From assembly GCA_900550545.1 (NCBI GenBank), contig URSS01000004.1, positions 52,644-116,643 of the forward strand: a stretch of 64,000 bases of DNA, in the 5' to 3' direction. This stretch comes from an uncultured Lachnobacterium sp. (GTDB lineage Bacteria; Bacillota; Clostridia; Lachnospirales; Lachnospiraceae). A program made the translations under genes and the position numbers. The notes under the pieces were generated by a model that ran no database searches, was not told the origin of the DNA, and worked only from the letters and a program-made list of their open reading frames with translations. This document shows, piece by piece, positions 48,340 to 60,600 of this stretch. Within the stretch, counting starts at the first letter, position 1. The number at the start of each line of letters is the position of its first letter.

Positions 48340-48436
48340 ATGTACCCTCCATTCTTATCTATTATACCATATTTTCCGTATAAAATAAGCAATGGCCACC
48401 ATATTTTAGAAAATCTTAAGTTTCTGTACAGGCCCT

Positions 48437-48727
48437 CTAATCTTCTTCCAACACCTGCATTTCCATATAGTCAAAATCAATTTCTTCCACAAAATTGTCT
48501 TTCCCGAAACGGGTCTTCGACCGCCTCTGAAATTCCTTGACATTGGCATCTAACCAGATTGGTTTTCCAAGGTCGAACCGAAGGCATGCTTCCTCCAAAG
48601 CCTGGAAAATTTTGTGGGTGCGTGTATCGTCATCTTCTATCTCAATGGTTTCGGACTTCACAAGTCTCGTGTCTGTCCACAATTTGAACCAGATTTTCAT
48701 TACTTCTTCCTCCTCTGGCGATTGCAC
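48437..48727 (-). CDS. Hypothetical acidic protein (96 aa)
   Basis: Complete ORF overlapping the upstream trmH-like gene by 28 nt; no motif recognised. Confidence 0.4.
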   Translation of the reverse strand: MQSPEEEEVMKIWFKLWTDTRLVKSETIEIEDDDTRTHKIFQALEEACLRFDLGKPIWLDANVKEFQRRSKTRFGKDNFVEEIDFDYMEMQVLEED

Positions 48728-49479
48728 TCATACATCAAAAGCGTTGCAGAAATGGCCGCATTTAAAGATTCCACTTTTCCCTCCATCGGAATGCGAATAT
48801 AAGTATCTGCGCAATCTGCAATTTCTTTGCTCAGACCATTTCCTTCGTTGCCGATCAGGAAACCACACGCTTTCGTATAATCAAAAGCATCATACATAGC
48901 CGTTCCTTTCAGATGCGCGGCGTACAGCTGCACGCCCTTTCCCTGCAACATAGCAAGCGTCTCTTCAAGGTTATCCGTAATATAATAAGGCATACGGTAA
49001 ATACTTCCCATCGTAGAACGAATTGTCTTTGGATTAAACAGATCCACCGTGGTGCGATTCATAATAATTCCACTGATACCGGCACCTTCTCCAGTCCGCA
49101 CCATCGTTCCAAGATTGCCCGGATCCTGAACACTCTCCAAAATCAGTAAATGTGTCTTTTCCCCACAAAGCATGTCGGAAAGTTCATACGTCGGAATCTT
49201 AACTACCGCAAGAATCCCCTGTGGTGTCTGCGTATCGGATACACTCCGAAAAACAGCATCTGCAACGACTTCATACGTATACTCCTGCAAAAGTTTTTTA
49301 TGTTCTTCCTCCTGTAAAAAACTTTCGGAAACATAGACACTTATCAACCACTCTTTCGGAGCTTCTAAGAACATCTTGATGCCTTCCACAACAAAAGCAT
49401 TCTGCTTTTTGCGCTCCCTCGCTTTTTTTATCAAAGCAGTGAGGTTTTTCATCTGCTGATTGGATGTACTTGTGATCAT
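48700..49479 (-). CDS. TrmH/SpoU-family RNA 2'-O-methyltransferase
   Basis: SPOUT motifs ...LLILESVQDPGNLGTMVRTGEGAG...LIGNEGNGLS...ESLNAAISATL... Confidence 0.8.
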   Translation of the reverse strand: MITSTSNQQMKNLTALIKKARERKKQNAFVVEGIKMFLEAPKEWLISVYVSESFLQEEEHKKLLQEYTYEVVADAVFRSVSDTQTPQGILAVVKIPTYELSDMLCGEKTHLLILESVQDPGNLGTMVRTGEGAGISGIIMNRTTVDLFNPKTIRSTMGSIYRMPYYITDNLEETLAMLQGKGVQLYAAHLKGTAMYDAFDYTKACGFLIGNEGNGLSKEIADCADTYIRIPMEGKVESLNAAISATLLMYECNRQRRKK

Positions 49480-49565
49480 ACGTGGTTTTCTCCCTCCTTT
49501 TTAGGTGCAGGTGCCATAAAAATACGACGATTTCATCATCGTGGCATCTGCATAAGTCATAAGGC

Positions 49566-49600
49566 ATAAAAAAGGGACAGTCGGAAACCCGACTGCCCCG
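49566..49600 (-). terminator. Rho-independent terminator after pfkA
   Basis: GGGGCAGTCGGGTTTCCGACTGTCCC + TTTTTT on the minus strand. Confidence 0.8.
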
Positions 49601-49613
49601 CATCGACAAATGA

Positions 49614-50585
49614 TTAAACCAGAGATTTAGAAATCTGATACATATACTCGTCAACACCTTTTTTCATTGCAAGTGCTTCGTCGATATCGAAATCAACAAA
49701 TGCGCCACCCTTGTGTGCAATTACACGGTTGCTCTTGCCCTCGCAAAGAAGATCAACTGCCATAGCACCCATAGTTGTTGCATATACACGATCCTTACAT
49801 GTTGGGCTTCCACCACGCTGCATATGTCCAAGAATGGTAGCACGGGTCTCGATACCTGTAGCTTCCTCAATTCTCTTTGCCATGCTCTGTGAATGTCCGA
49901 TTCCCTCAGCATTGATGATAATGTAATGCTGCTTTCCATTCTTACGTGCATTGACAACCTGGTCGATCAGTCGCTGCTCATCATAATCATATTTCTCAGG
50001 AAGTAATACTTCCTCTGCTCCATTTGCAAGACCACACCATAATGCGATATGTCCTGCGCCACGTCCCATAACCTCAATAATGGAACATCTCTCATGGGAA
50101 GTAGATGTATCACGAACCTTGTCAATTGCTTCCATAGCAGTATTGACAGCGGTATCAAATCCAATTGTATAATCGGTACATGCAATATCCAGATCGATTG
50201 TTCCCGGAAGACCGATTGTATTGATTCCAAGTGCAGCTAACTTCTGTGCTCCCTGGAAAGAACCGTCTCCACCGATAACAACGATTGCGTCGATGCCATG
50301 CTTCTTACAAATATCAGCACCCTTCTGCTGACCTTCCGGAGTAACGAACTCCATGCAGCGGGCTGTCTGTAAAATGGTACCACCACGGGAGATTGTATCG
50401 GATACACTCTTAGAATCCATGTCGATAATCTCTTCGTTCAGAAGTCCTGCATAGCCTCTCTTAATTCCTTTTACTTTTTTTCCTTTGGAAAGAGCCTGTC
50501 TTACTACAGCACGAATTGCTGCATTCATTCCTGGTGCATCTCCACCACTGGTAAGAACACCAATTGTGTTTATCTCTTTTGCCAT
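49614..50585 (-). CDS. pfkA: ATP-dependent 6-phosphofructokinase
   Basis: Start MAKEINTIGVLTSGGDAPGMNAAIRAVV with RBS GGAGGA; 323 aa. Confidence 0.95.
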   Translation of the reverse strand: MAKEINTIGVLTSGGDAPGMNAAIRAVVRQALSKGKKVKGIKRGYAGLLNEEIIDMDSKSVSDTISRGGTILQTARCMEFVTPEGQQKGADICKKHGIDAIVVIGGDGSFQGAQKLAALGINTIGLPGTIDLDIACTDYTIGFDTAVNTAMEAIDKVRDTSTSHERCSIIEVMGRGAGHIALWCGLANGAEEVLLPEKYDYDEQRLIDQVVNARKNGKQHYIIINAEGIGHSQSMAKRIEEATGIETRATILGHMQRGGSPTCKDRVYATTMGAMAVDLLCEGKSNRVIAHKGGAFVDFDIDEALAMKKGVDEYMYQISKSLV

Positions 50586-50647
50586 CGTTACATCCTCCAT
50601 ATATTAAATAATAATCAATTCCCTTAATCTGTTTTATTTTATACTTA

Positions 50648-53600
50648 TTAGGCGCGGTTTTCAATGCTTTTTTCAATAACTTTTACATTTTTTTCGCCAA
50701 GAAAATTCGTCAAAGTGGTCAAAAGCTCCGAATTTGCGCAAACGGTAAGGTTTCTTCCCAGCCTTTTTACTGCTTTCGGATTTGCTACATAAATGACAAC
50801 CTCATCGTTTCCATCGGAATCGTGAAGTTTTGCCATCAGTTCCTGCTCCTGCGACAGATACTCCTCTTTTGTCGGGAACTGGAGCCAGATTTCTCTTTGT
50901 GTATCGTCAAACGGAATGATGCGCTCGCAGATAATTTTACCATTCTGCTCATCCTCTACCGTGGCATGCCCGACAACAAACACCTTCGCATCTTCATTCA
51001 AAAAGCGGCTGTATCTCTCATAATCTTTTGGAAATATGATAACTTCCACATTCCCGGTCAGATCCTCCACCGTAATGAATGCCATCGCCTTATTATTTCT
51101 GGTAAATTTCACGGTCTTTGCCGTGATGATTCCACCAACGATCACATGTGCATTGTCCTGCACTTTGACAGCACCGGTCTCTTCCTCACGGATGAAATCG
51201 AGTGCATTTGCAGTGACACTTTTTTTCATCTTGTCCATGTACTCTTCGAGCGGATGTCCGCTGAGATAAATGCCGAGCACTTCTTTTTCGAATCCCAGAA
51301 GCATCTCTTTATCAAACTCACCCACATTCGGATACTGCACTTCGTAATCTTTTTTATCTTCCTCCGATACCAGATCAAACAGGCTCATCTGCCCGGACAT
51401 CGTATTTTTCTTCTGATGTACCACCTGATCCACGATTGATGCATAGACCATGGTCATCTGCTTTCTCGTTCCGTCGAGACTGTCACACGCCCCCGCCTTG
51501 ATCAGATTTTCAATGGCACGCTTGTTGACATCCCGCTCCGCGGTACGCTCAATGAAATCCTGCAATGTGCGGTATGGTCCTCCCAGCTCGCGTTCTTCGA
51601 TAATTTTGTCAATGACCGGACGTCCCAAAGCTTTGATCGCATAGAGTCCATAGCGGACATTTTCTCCTTCTGCGGTAAACTCACCACGTCCGACATTGAT
51701 ATCCGGCGGCAATACCTGGATTCCCATATCCTTGCAGTGGAACAGATACTCTGCCGCTTTTGCCGAGTTATCAATGACAGATGTCATAAGCGCTGCCATA
51801 AATTCTACCGGATAATAATATTTTAACCATGCGGTCTGTACCGAAATGACCGCATAAGCTGCCGCATGGGACTTATTGAACGCATACTTGGCGAAGTCTA
51901 CCATGGAATCATATATACTATTTGCAGCCTTTTCATCAATGCCATTTGCCACGCAGCCCTTAATACCACGCGTTTCATCTCCATACACAAAGCTCTGCCG
52001 TTCGGCATCAATGACATACTGCTTTTTCTTACTCATGGCACGACGGATATTATCCGCTTGTCCCATCGTATAACCGGCAAGTTTCTGCACGATCTGCATA
52101 ACCTGCTCCTGATAGACGATACATCCGTAGGTCGGCTCGAGAATCGACTCCAGCTCCGGTGTCACATAGGAAATCGTGTCCCTATTGTTTTTTCCCTTGA
52201 TATAGTTTGGAATAAAATCCATCGGACCCGGCCGGTATAAAGAAATTCCGGCTACAATGTCCTCGAAATTCTGTGGTTTTAATTCCTTCATGAAGTTCTG
52301 CATTCCCGCAGACTCCAGCTGGAATACACCCTGAGTCTTTCCAGAACCGATGAAATCAAGTACTTCTTTGTCATTCAGGTCAATGTGATCGATATCGATA
52401 TCAATTCCTTTGGTCGCCTTTACATTTTTTACCGCATCTTTGAGTACCGTCAGGGTCCGAAGCCCCAGAAAGTCCATCTTCAAAAGGCCCAGTTCCTCTA
52501 ACTGTACCATATTGTACTCTGCCGTCGGGCTGCCATCACTCGCTCTGCCAAGCGGCACATAATCACTTGCAACGCCCGGATAGATCACGACGCCCGCCGC
52601 ATGCACCGAAGTATGGTTCGGCAGTCCTTCCAGACGCTTTGCCATATCAATGAGTTCATGCATCCGCGCATCTCCCTCGTAGATACTGCGGAATTCCGGA
52701 TTTACCTGAAGTGCCCGGTCAATCGTCATATTCAGCTCCATCGGCACCATCTTTGCCAGACGGTCCATCTCTGCGTATGGAAAATCAAGTGCTTTTCCGA
52801 CCGCTTTGATGACACCTCTTGCTGCCATCGTACCGAATGTCACAATCTGCGTCACAGAATCCTGACCATATTTTTCTGCCACATATTCGATCACGCGGGA
52901 ACGCTCCGCATACTCAAAGTCCACATCGATATCGGGCATGGATACACGCTCCGGATTCAGGAAACGCTCAAACAGCAGATTGTAACGTACCGGATCGATA
53001 TTCGTGATTCCTGTACAGTAACATACACGGCTTCCGGCACCGGAACCTCGTCCCGGTCCTACCCAGCAGTCATGCGTCTTCGCCCAGTTGATATAATCCC
53101 ACACAATAAGAATATATTCCACAAATCCCATGGTCTCTATGATACCAAGCTCATATTCCATATCCTTATAGATGGCGTCGCACTGTTCTTTGGTATAAGC
53201 TGCATTGTTCGTATATTTTTCTGCAAAGCCCTTGTCACACAACGCCCGCAAAAACTCACTGGCTGATGCATAGCCTTCCGGCACTTCATATTTTGGAATC
53301 TTATAATTGCCAAACTCTAAAGTAACGTGACAACGGTCTGCAATCTTCTGGGTATTGTCTACTGCCTCCTGTGCATATGGGAAAAGTGCCCGCATCTGTT
53401 CCTCGCTTTTTACAAAGAACTGACCGCCCTCGTAGCGCATACGGTCCTCATCCGTAATTTTCTTTCCGGTCTGGATACAAAGCAGGACATCGTGTGCCTC
53501 CACATCCTCTTCGTATGTGTAATGCACATCGTTTGTACACACAAGACCAATTCCAAGTTCCTGGCTCATCCGAAGCAGCTGCTGATTGACAAGCTTCTGG

Positions 53601-54147
53601 TCTGAGATTCCGTGATCCTGCAACTCAAGGAAAAAATTATCCTTTCCAAAACAGTTCACATACTTTTGCGCGATCTCCTTTGCCTCTTCATAAAAACCGC
53701 GGACAATATAACGCGGAATTTCTCCGGCAAGACAGGCAGACAAACAGATCAGCCCCTCATGATACTTTTCGAGGGTCTCAAAATCTACCCTTGGGCGGTA
53801 ATAATATCCCTCTGTAAAACCGATGGAAACGATCTTCATAAGGTTCGCATACCCCTTGTTGTTTTCCGCAAGGAGAATCAAATGGTAATATCGGTCCTCT
53901 CCATGGCTGGTCTCCCGGTCAAAACGGGAATTTGGAGCCACATAGACCTCACATCCGATGATTGGATTAATGCCTGCGGCCTTGGCCGTCTTATAGAATT
54001 CCACCACGCCGTACATCACACCGTGGTCCGTGATTGCCGCACTGTTCATCCCCAGTTCTTTCACCCGGGCTACATATTCTTTTATTTTGTTGGAACCATC
54101 TAAAAGGGAATATTCCGTATGGGTATGAAGATGTGCAAATGCCATGA
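50648..54147 (-). CDS. dnaE: DNA polymerase III alpha subunit
   Basis: Start MAFAHLHTHTEYSLLDG (PHP domain) with RBS AAAGGAAG; about 1165 aa; dnaE-pfkA synteny as in other Firmicutes. Confidence 0.95.
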
Positions 54148-54221
54148 AACTGCTTCCTTTCTCTCTTAAAAACGCTGTCTCCATTATACGTTTAACGCCC
54201 CAAAAAGGCAAGCTTTCCAAA

Positions 54222-55022
54222 CTAAATACCTAAGCCCAATCCCCATGCGATCAGTGCCAGTAAAAGCAGATGCAGCGGATAGAAAGCATAGAAGAAATAC
54301 TTGTGCTGTTTTCCTCTTGTTCCATTATATAAATGCAGAGGAATCAGCATGAGTAATGCAAGAAGTTCCAACGAACCGGACAGCATACCAAGCGAAATCA
54401 CTGCAAATGCAAATCCCAGTTCCCGGTTTTTGCGTAATAAATACATGATATAAATCGCGATCACACCACTTGCTCCGTAATCACTGGAAAACACATAGGA
54501 GGCAAGTGCACATCCCACGATTCCAATCACTACAAGCAAAATAATCCGTCCGATTTCACTTGTCATTTTGTCTGAGGAAAAATGCTCCATCACCCAGTCT
54601 GCCGCCATAATTACCAAAAGTCCGAGAAACAGTGTAAAAAACACATTGTTATAAGACAATTCCAGCACGCTCTGATTGAGTGCCATATCAAACGGCACTT
54701 CTGAAATCAAAGCAAACACAAACAGGCGGAAGGCATACTTTCTGCGGCTGTGTGTGTAATGAAATCCCTCAACAAGCAAAAAACAATAGATTGGAAATGC
54801 CATGCGACCGATTCCGCGCAACAACAGATCCAGCCGGTACCACTGTTCCCAGTTATCCACTGTAACCGGTGCCCAGGACGGCATCTGTGCCAGAATACGT
54901 TCCAGAATCGTGGCAGCTGAATGATCAATGAGCATTGTAATTACAGCTATCATTTTAAGCCAGTAGCCGGAGATTCCACGTTCTCCGGCTACTGACTGAT
55001 TGTTCATCACATTATTTTCCAT
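54222..55022 (-). CDS. TraX-family membrane protein
   Basis: 266-aa polytopic protein; ...YWLKMIAVITMLIDHSAA... resembles the TraX family. Confidence 0.5.
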   Translation of the reverse strand: MENNVMNNQSVAGERGISGYWLKMIAVITMLIDHSAATILERILAQMPSWAPVTVDNWEQWYRLDLLLRGIGRMAFPIYCFLLVEGFHYTHSRRKYAFRLFVFALISEVPFDMALNQSVLELSYNNVFFTLFLGLLVIMAADWVMEHFSSDKMTSEIGRIILLVVIGIVGCALASYVFSSDYGASGVIAIYIMYLLRKNRELGFAFAVISLGMLSGSLELLALLMLIPLHLYNGTRGKQHKYFFYAFYPLHLLLLALIAWGLGLGI

Positions 55023-55023
55023 T

Positions 55024-57492
55024 TTAGAATCCTGACATATTTACAGTGATCTTATCCAGTTTCCAAATATCATCTACATATTCCTGAATGGTTCTGTCAG
55101 ATGAGAATTTTCCTACATGTGCAACATTTAAGATTGCTGATTTTGCCCATGCGCTCTTGTTCTGGTAATATGCAGAAATCTTCTTCTGTGCATTTGCGTA
55201 TGCACGGAAGTCAGCAAGAATAAAGTAACGATCTGCCACCTGTCCCTGCTGTGGATTTAACAATGCATTGTAAAGTTCACGGAACAACTCACGATCATTC
55301 TGTGAGTAGGTTCCATCTACAAGCTGGTTGAGTACCTGGCGGATTTCCGGATCATTATTGTAAATATCTACCGGATTGTAATCTCTGTTGTTTTCATGTG
55401 CAATGACCTCATCTGCGCTCATACCAAAGATAAAGATATTGTCTGCACCAACTTCCTCGTACATCTCAACGTTGGCTCCATCCATGGTTCCGATTGTAAT
55501 TGCGCCATTTAACATGAACTTCATATTACCGGTTCCGGATGCTTCTTTACTTGCAGTTGAAATCTGCTCGCTGACATCTGCTGCGGCAAAGATCCACTCA
55601 GCGATGGATACTCGGTAATCTTCGATAAATACAACTTTAATCTTACCATTGATGGATGGATCGTTGTTGATCACATCTGCAACGGAGTTGATCAGCTTGA
55701 TCGTCTTTTTCGCTGTACGATATCCGGCTGCTGCCTTTGCACCAAAAATGAATGTTCTTGGATAGAAATCCATATTTGGATTTGCCTTTAACTGATTGTA
55801 CAGATACATAACATGTAAAATATTCATCAACTGTCTCTTGTACTCATGCAGACGCTTTACCTGTACATCGAAAATAGAATTTGGATCTACATCGATACCA
55901 TTGTGCTCTTTGATATATTTTGCAAGACGCACTTTGTTCTGATACTTGATTTCCATAAACTCTTCCTGTGCCTTTGGATCCTTTGCCAGAGGAATCAGTC
56001 CGGAAACCTTTGACAGATTAGTAATCCACTCTTTTCCAACATGCTTGGTTACCCAGTCGGAAAGCAATGGGTTCGCATGTGCAAGGAAACGTCTCTGTGT
56101 AATACCGTTTGTCTTATTGTTGAATTTCTCCGGGAACATTTCATAGAAATCACGAAGTTCCTGTTTTTCAAGAATTTCTGTATGAAGTCTTGCTACACCA
56201 TTAACAGAGTAACCTGCAACGATTGCCATATTTGCCATCTTTACCTGTCCATCATAGAGGATTGCCATCTTGCGGATTTTCTCCTCATTTCCCGGATAGC
56301 GGTTCTGGATTTCAAGTACAAAACGACGGTTGATTTCTTCTACGATCTGATATACACGAGGAAGTAATCTCTGGAAAATGTCAATTGGCCACTTTTCAAG
56401 AGCCTCCGCCATAATCGTATGGTTTGTGTATGCAACACAATGTGTGGTAATATCCCACGCATCATCCCAGGAAAGTTTCTCTTCATCCACAAGAATACGC
56501 ATCAACTCTGCGACTGCAACCGTTGGATGTGTATCATTCATCTGGAATGTCACTTTCTTTGGCAGATCATGCAGATCACTATGATGCTTTTTGAATCTTG
56601 CAAGCGCACGCTGGATACTTGCAGATACGAAGAAGTACTGCTGCTTTAAACGAAGTTCCTTTCCTTTTACATGGTTATCGTTTGGATATAATACTTCAAC
56701 AAGGTTACGGGCAAGGTTCTCCTGCTCCACCGCCTGATCATAATCACCGCGGTCAAAAGAATCCAGGCTGAACTCTTCCTTCGGCTGTGCATCCCAAATC
56801 ATCAGGGAATCTACTACATGATTGCCATATCCTACGATTGGCATATCATATGGTACTGCCAGTACAGACTGGTAATCTACCTGCTGAAAAGAAAGCTGAC
56901 CATCTTCAGATGGAAGCTGCTCTACGCGTCCTCCAAACTTGATTTCGTAACAGTACTCCGGTCTGCGCAATTCAAATGGATATCCATCTTTTAACCAGTT
57001 ATCCGGTACCTCTACCTGGAATCCATCAATAATCTGCTGCTTGAACATACCATAACGATAGCGGATACCGCATCCATAAGCGGCATAGCCAAGTGTTGCA
57101 AGGGAATCCATAAAGCAGGCTGCCAGACGTCCTAAACCACCATTACCAAGTGCCGGATCCGGTTCCTGATCCTCGATGACACTGATATCAAGACCGATTT
57201 CTTCTAATGCTTCCTTCACTTCTTTGTATGCACAAAGATTGATCAGGTTATTTCCCAAAGCACGGCCCATCAAAAACTCCATGGACATATAGTACACGGT
57301 CTTTGGATCATCATGCTCGATAACCTGCTGGGTTGCCATCCACTCGTCCATGATAATATCTTTTACTGCAAGCGAAACCGCCTGAAAAATTTCCTGCTGG
57401 CTTGCTTCTTTCAAAGTCTTACGATACATGGTCTTTACGTTTTCTGTAATTGCTTTGATAAATTCCTTTTTACTGAACACTTTATCTCTCAT
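55024..57492 (-). CDS. Glycogen/maltodextrin phosphorylase (paralogue 2, 822 aa)
   Basis: [31 protein letters not shown]-site motif; [13 protein letters not shown]. Confidence 0.9.
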   Translation of the reverse strand: MRDKVFSKKEFIKAITENVKTMYRKTLKEASQQEIFQAVSLAVKDIIMDEWMATQQVIEHDDPKTVYYMSMEFLMGRALGNNLINLCAYKEVKEALEEIGLDISVIEDQEPDPALGNGGLGRLAACFMDSLATLGYAAYGCGIRYRYGMFKQQIIDGFQVEVPDNWLKDGYPFELRRPEYCYEIKFGGRVEQLPSEDGQLSFQQVDYQSVLAVPYDMPIVGYGNHVVDSLMIWDAQPKEEFSLDSFDRGDYDQAVEQENLARNLVEVLYPNDNHVKGKELRLKQQYFFVSASIQRALARFKKHHSDLHDLPKKVTFQMNDTHPTVAVAELMRILVDEEKLSWDDAWDITTHCVAYTNHTIMAEALEKWPIDIFQRLLPRVYQIVEEINRRFVLEIQNRYPGNEEKIRKMAILYDGQVKMANMAIVAGYSVNGVARLHTEILEKQELRDFYEMFPEKFNNKTNGITQRRFLAHANPLLSDWVTKHVGKEWITNLSKVSGLIPLAKDPKAQEEFMEIKYQNKVRLAKYIKEHNGIDVDPNSIFDVQVKRLHEYKRQLMNILHVMYLYNQLKANPNMDFYPRTFIFGAKAAAGYRTAKKTIKLINSVADVINNDPSINGKIKVVFIEDYRVSIAEWIFAAADVSEQISTASKEASGTGNMKFMLNGAITIGTMDGANVEMYEEVGADNIFIFGMSADEVIAHENNRDYNPVDIYNNDPEIRQVLNQLVDGTYSQNDRELFRELYNALLNPQQGQVADRYFILADFRAYANAQKKISAYYQNKSAWAKSAILNVAHVGKFSSDRTIQEYVDDIWKLDKITVNMSGF

Positions 57493-57554
57493 GTTTTCCT
57501 CCTCTATGATACTTTTACATTGTTTCTACATAAACTTTAAAAAAATTTCTCATT

Positions 57555-57596
57555 ACAAAAAGAAAAAGGGAGCGAAGCGATTTGCTTTGCCCCCAT
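57555..57596 (-). terminator. Terminator after ileS
   Basis: GGGGGCAAAGC...GCTTCGCTCCC imperfect hairpin + TTTTTCTTTTT on the minus strand. Confidence 0.6.
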
Positions 57597-57601
57597 ATAT
57601 T

Positions 57602-60600
57602 CTATTGTTTTTCTACAGCAAGTGTTACTTTCTCGCCATTGATACTCCATTCTTTCTCGTATCCGGTTAATGTTCCTGCTGTAATCTTATCGGCAAGTAC
57701 CTCGGAACGAATCTCATCTCCATACTTCTCGAAAATACCAGTTACCTTCTCATCTGCGGTATATGATACTGCAATATGATCCATAACTTCGAATCCAGCC
57801 TCTTTTCTCATCGTCTGAATCTTACTGATCAATTCGCGGACAAATCCTTCCTCAATCAGTTCCGGAGTTAATTTCGTATCCATAACAACGGTAACGTAAT
57901 TATCGCCTTCCGTTACAAATCCTTCTGCCTGTGTCATGGTAATGAGCAAATCCTCTTCTAATAATACAACCTCATCACTCACACTGTCAAGTTTCAGACA
58001 ACCGTTTGCTTTCAGTTCTGCCATCGCCTTATTGCCATCCAGATCTGCAAGTGCAGCCTGAATCTGTTTCAGATACTTGCCGTACTTTGGTCCTACGGTA
58101 CGAAGCTGCGGTTTGAACTGATAATCGGTGTAGTTGCTGACATCATCGGTAAATGTAACCTTCTTTACATTCAACTCATCCGCAATAATATTGACATAAA
58201 AATCACTGAGTACTTCCGGTGCCTTCACATACATCTGGCCAATTGGCTGACGGTTCTTGATGTTTGCACTGTTACGGCATGCACGACCCATAACAACAAT
58301 TTTGAGTACCTCATCCATTGCCTTCTCAAGATCCTTATCGATCATCTTCTCATCGACCTTCGGGAAGTCACATAAATGAATACTTTCCGGTGCGGAAGGA
58401 TCAATCGAGCATACCAGATTACGGTAAATATCCTCAGTCATAAATGGAATCATTGGTGCTGCGGCCTTACAGATGGTAACCAGCGCAGTATATAATGTCA
58501 TGTAAGCATTGATCTTGTCCTGCTCCATTCCCTTTGCCCAGAAACGCTCACGGGAACGACGTACATACCAGTTACTCATATCATCAACGAACTCTTCGAG
58601 TGCACGGGCAGCTTCCGGAATACGATAATTTCCAAGGTTGTCATCCACTGCTGCTACTGCAGAATTCAGCTTGGACAAAAGCCACTTATCCATAACACTT
58701 AATTTGTCATAATCCAATGTATATTTTGTTGCATCAAAATTATCAATATTTGCATACAGTACAAAGAATGCATAAGTGTTCCACAGAGTTCCCATGAACT
58801 TGCGCTGTCCTTCCTGTACAGCCTTACCGTGGAAACGGTTAGGAAGCCATGGTGCACTGTTGATGTAGAAATACCAGCGGATAGCATCTGCACCGTACTT
58901 CTCCAGTGCATCAAACGGATCTACGGCATTTCCCTTGGACTTACTCATCTTCTGTCCGTTCTCATCCTGTACATGTCCAAGAACGATAACGTTCTGATAA
59001 GGCGCCTTGTTGAATAACAAGGTTGACTCCGCCATCAGAGAGTAGAACCATCCACGTGTCTGGTCAACAGCCTCAGAAATAAACTGTGCCGGGAACTGCT
59101 GCTCGAACAGATCCTTGTTCTCAAACGGGTAATGATGCTGTGCAAATGGCATTGCTCCGGAATCGAACCAGCAGTCAATAACTTCCGGTACACGCTTCAT
59201 TGTGCCACCACATTTATTACACTTAAATGTAACCTGGTCAATATATGGACGGTGAAGTTCCACCTTGGCTGCGTCAGGGTTGCCGGAACGCTCTGCTAAC
59301 TCAGCGCGGCTTCCGATCGACTCCTGGCATCCACAGCCTTCACACTCCCAGATATTGAGAGGTGTTCCCCAGTAACGGTTACGGGAGATACCCCAGTCCT
59401 GAATATTCTCCAGCCAGTTTCCGAAACGTCCTTCACCGATGGACTTTGGAATCCAGTTTACCGTCTTATTATTAGCAACCAGTTCATCACGAACCTCGGT
59501 CATCTTGATGAACCAGGATTCCCTTGCATAGTAGATCAGAGGTGTATCACATCTCCAGCAGTGTGGATACTCATGTTCGAACTTCGGAGCATCGAATAAC
59601 TGTCCTCTTGCATCCAAATCTTTCAAAACTTCCGGGTCTGCTTTCTTTACAAATAATCCGGCAAATGGAGTTTCCTCAGTCAACTCACCTTTTCCGTTTA
59701 CAAACTGTACGAATGGCAGATCATAATTGCGTCCGACATTGGCATCATCCTCACCAAATGCAGGTGCGATATGAACGATACCAGTACCGTCTGTCATAGT
59801 AACATAAGTATCGCATGTTACGAAAAAGCCTTTCTTGTGCTGCTTGTCGGCAACTGTCTTTGCACAATCATAAAGCGGCTCATATTCCTTATACTCAAGA
59901 TCTTTACCTTTGTATGTCTCAAGTACTTCGTACGCTTTCTGCCCCTCCTCTTTTGCAAGCGGGGAAAGTACCTTATCGGCAAGTGCCTCAGCCAGATAAT
60001 ATGTGTATCCGTCTACGGCTTTTACCTTAATATAAGTATCATCCGGGTTCACACAAAGAGCCACATTACTTGGAAGTGTCCATGGTGTTGTGGTCCATGC
60101 GAGGAAGTAAGCATCTTCTCCGACAACCTTGAAACGAACGATTGCAGAACGCTCCTTGACGGTCTTGTATCCCTGTGCAACTTCCTGAGAAGAAAGCGGA
60201 GTTCCACAACGAGGGCAGTAAGGTACGATCTTAAATCCCTTGTACAGAAGCTTCTTGTCCCAGATTGTCTTGAGTGCCCACCACTCAGACTCGATGAAAT
60301 TGTCATCGTATGTGACATATGGGTTATCCATATCAGCCCAGAAACCAACAGTTCCTGAGAAATCTTCCCACATTCCTTTGTATTTCCATACGGACTCCTT
60401 ACATTTCTTGATGAAAGGCTCCATACCATACTCTTCGATCTGCTCCTTGCCGTTAAGTCCGAGCATTTTCTCAACTTCAAGTTCTACCGGAAGACCGTGG
60501 GTATCCCAGCCTGCCTTACGAGGAACATATTTGCCCTTCATCGTCTGGTATCTAGGAATCATATCCTTAATAACACGTGTCAGAACGTGTCCGATATGTG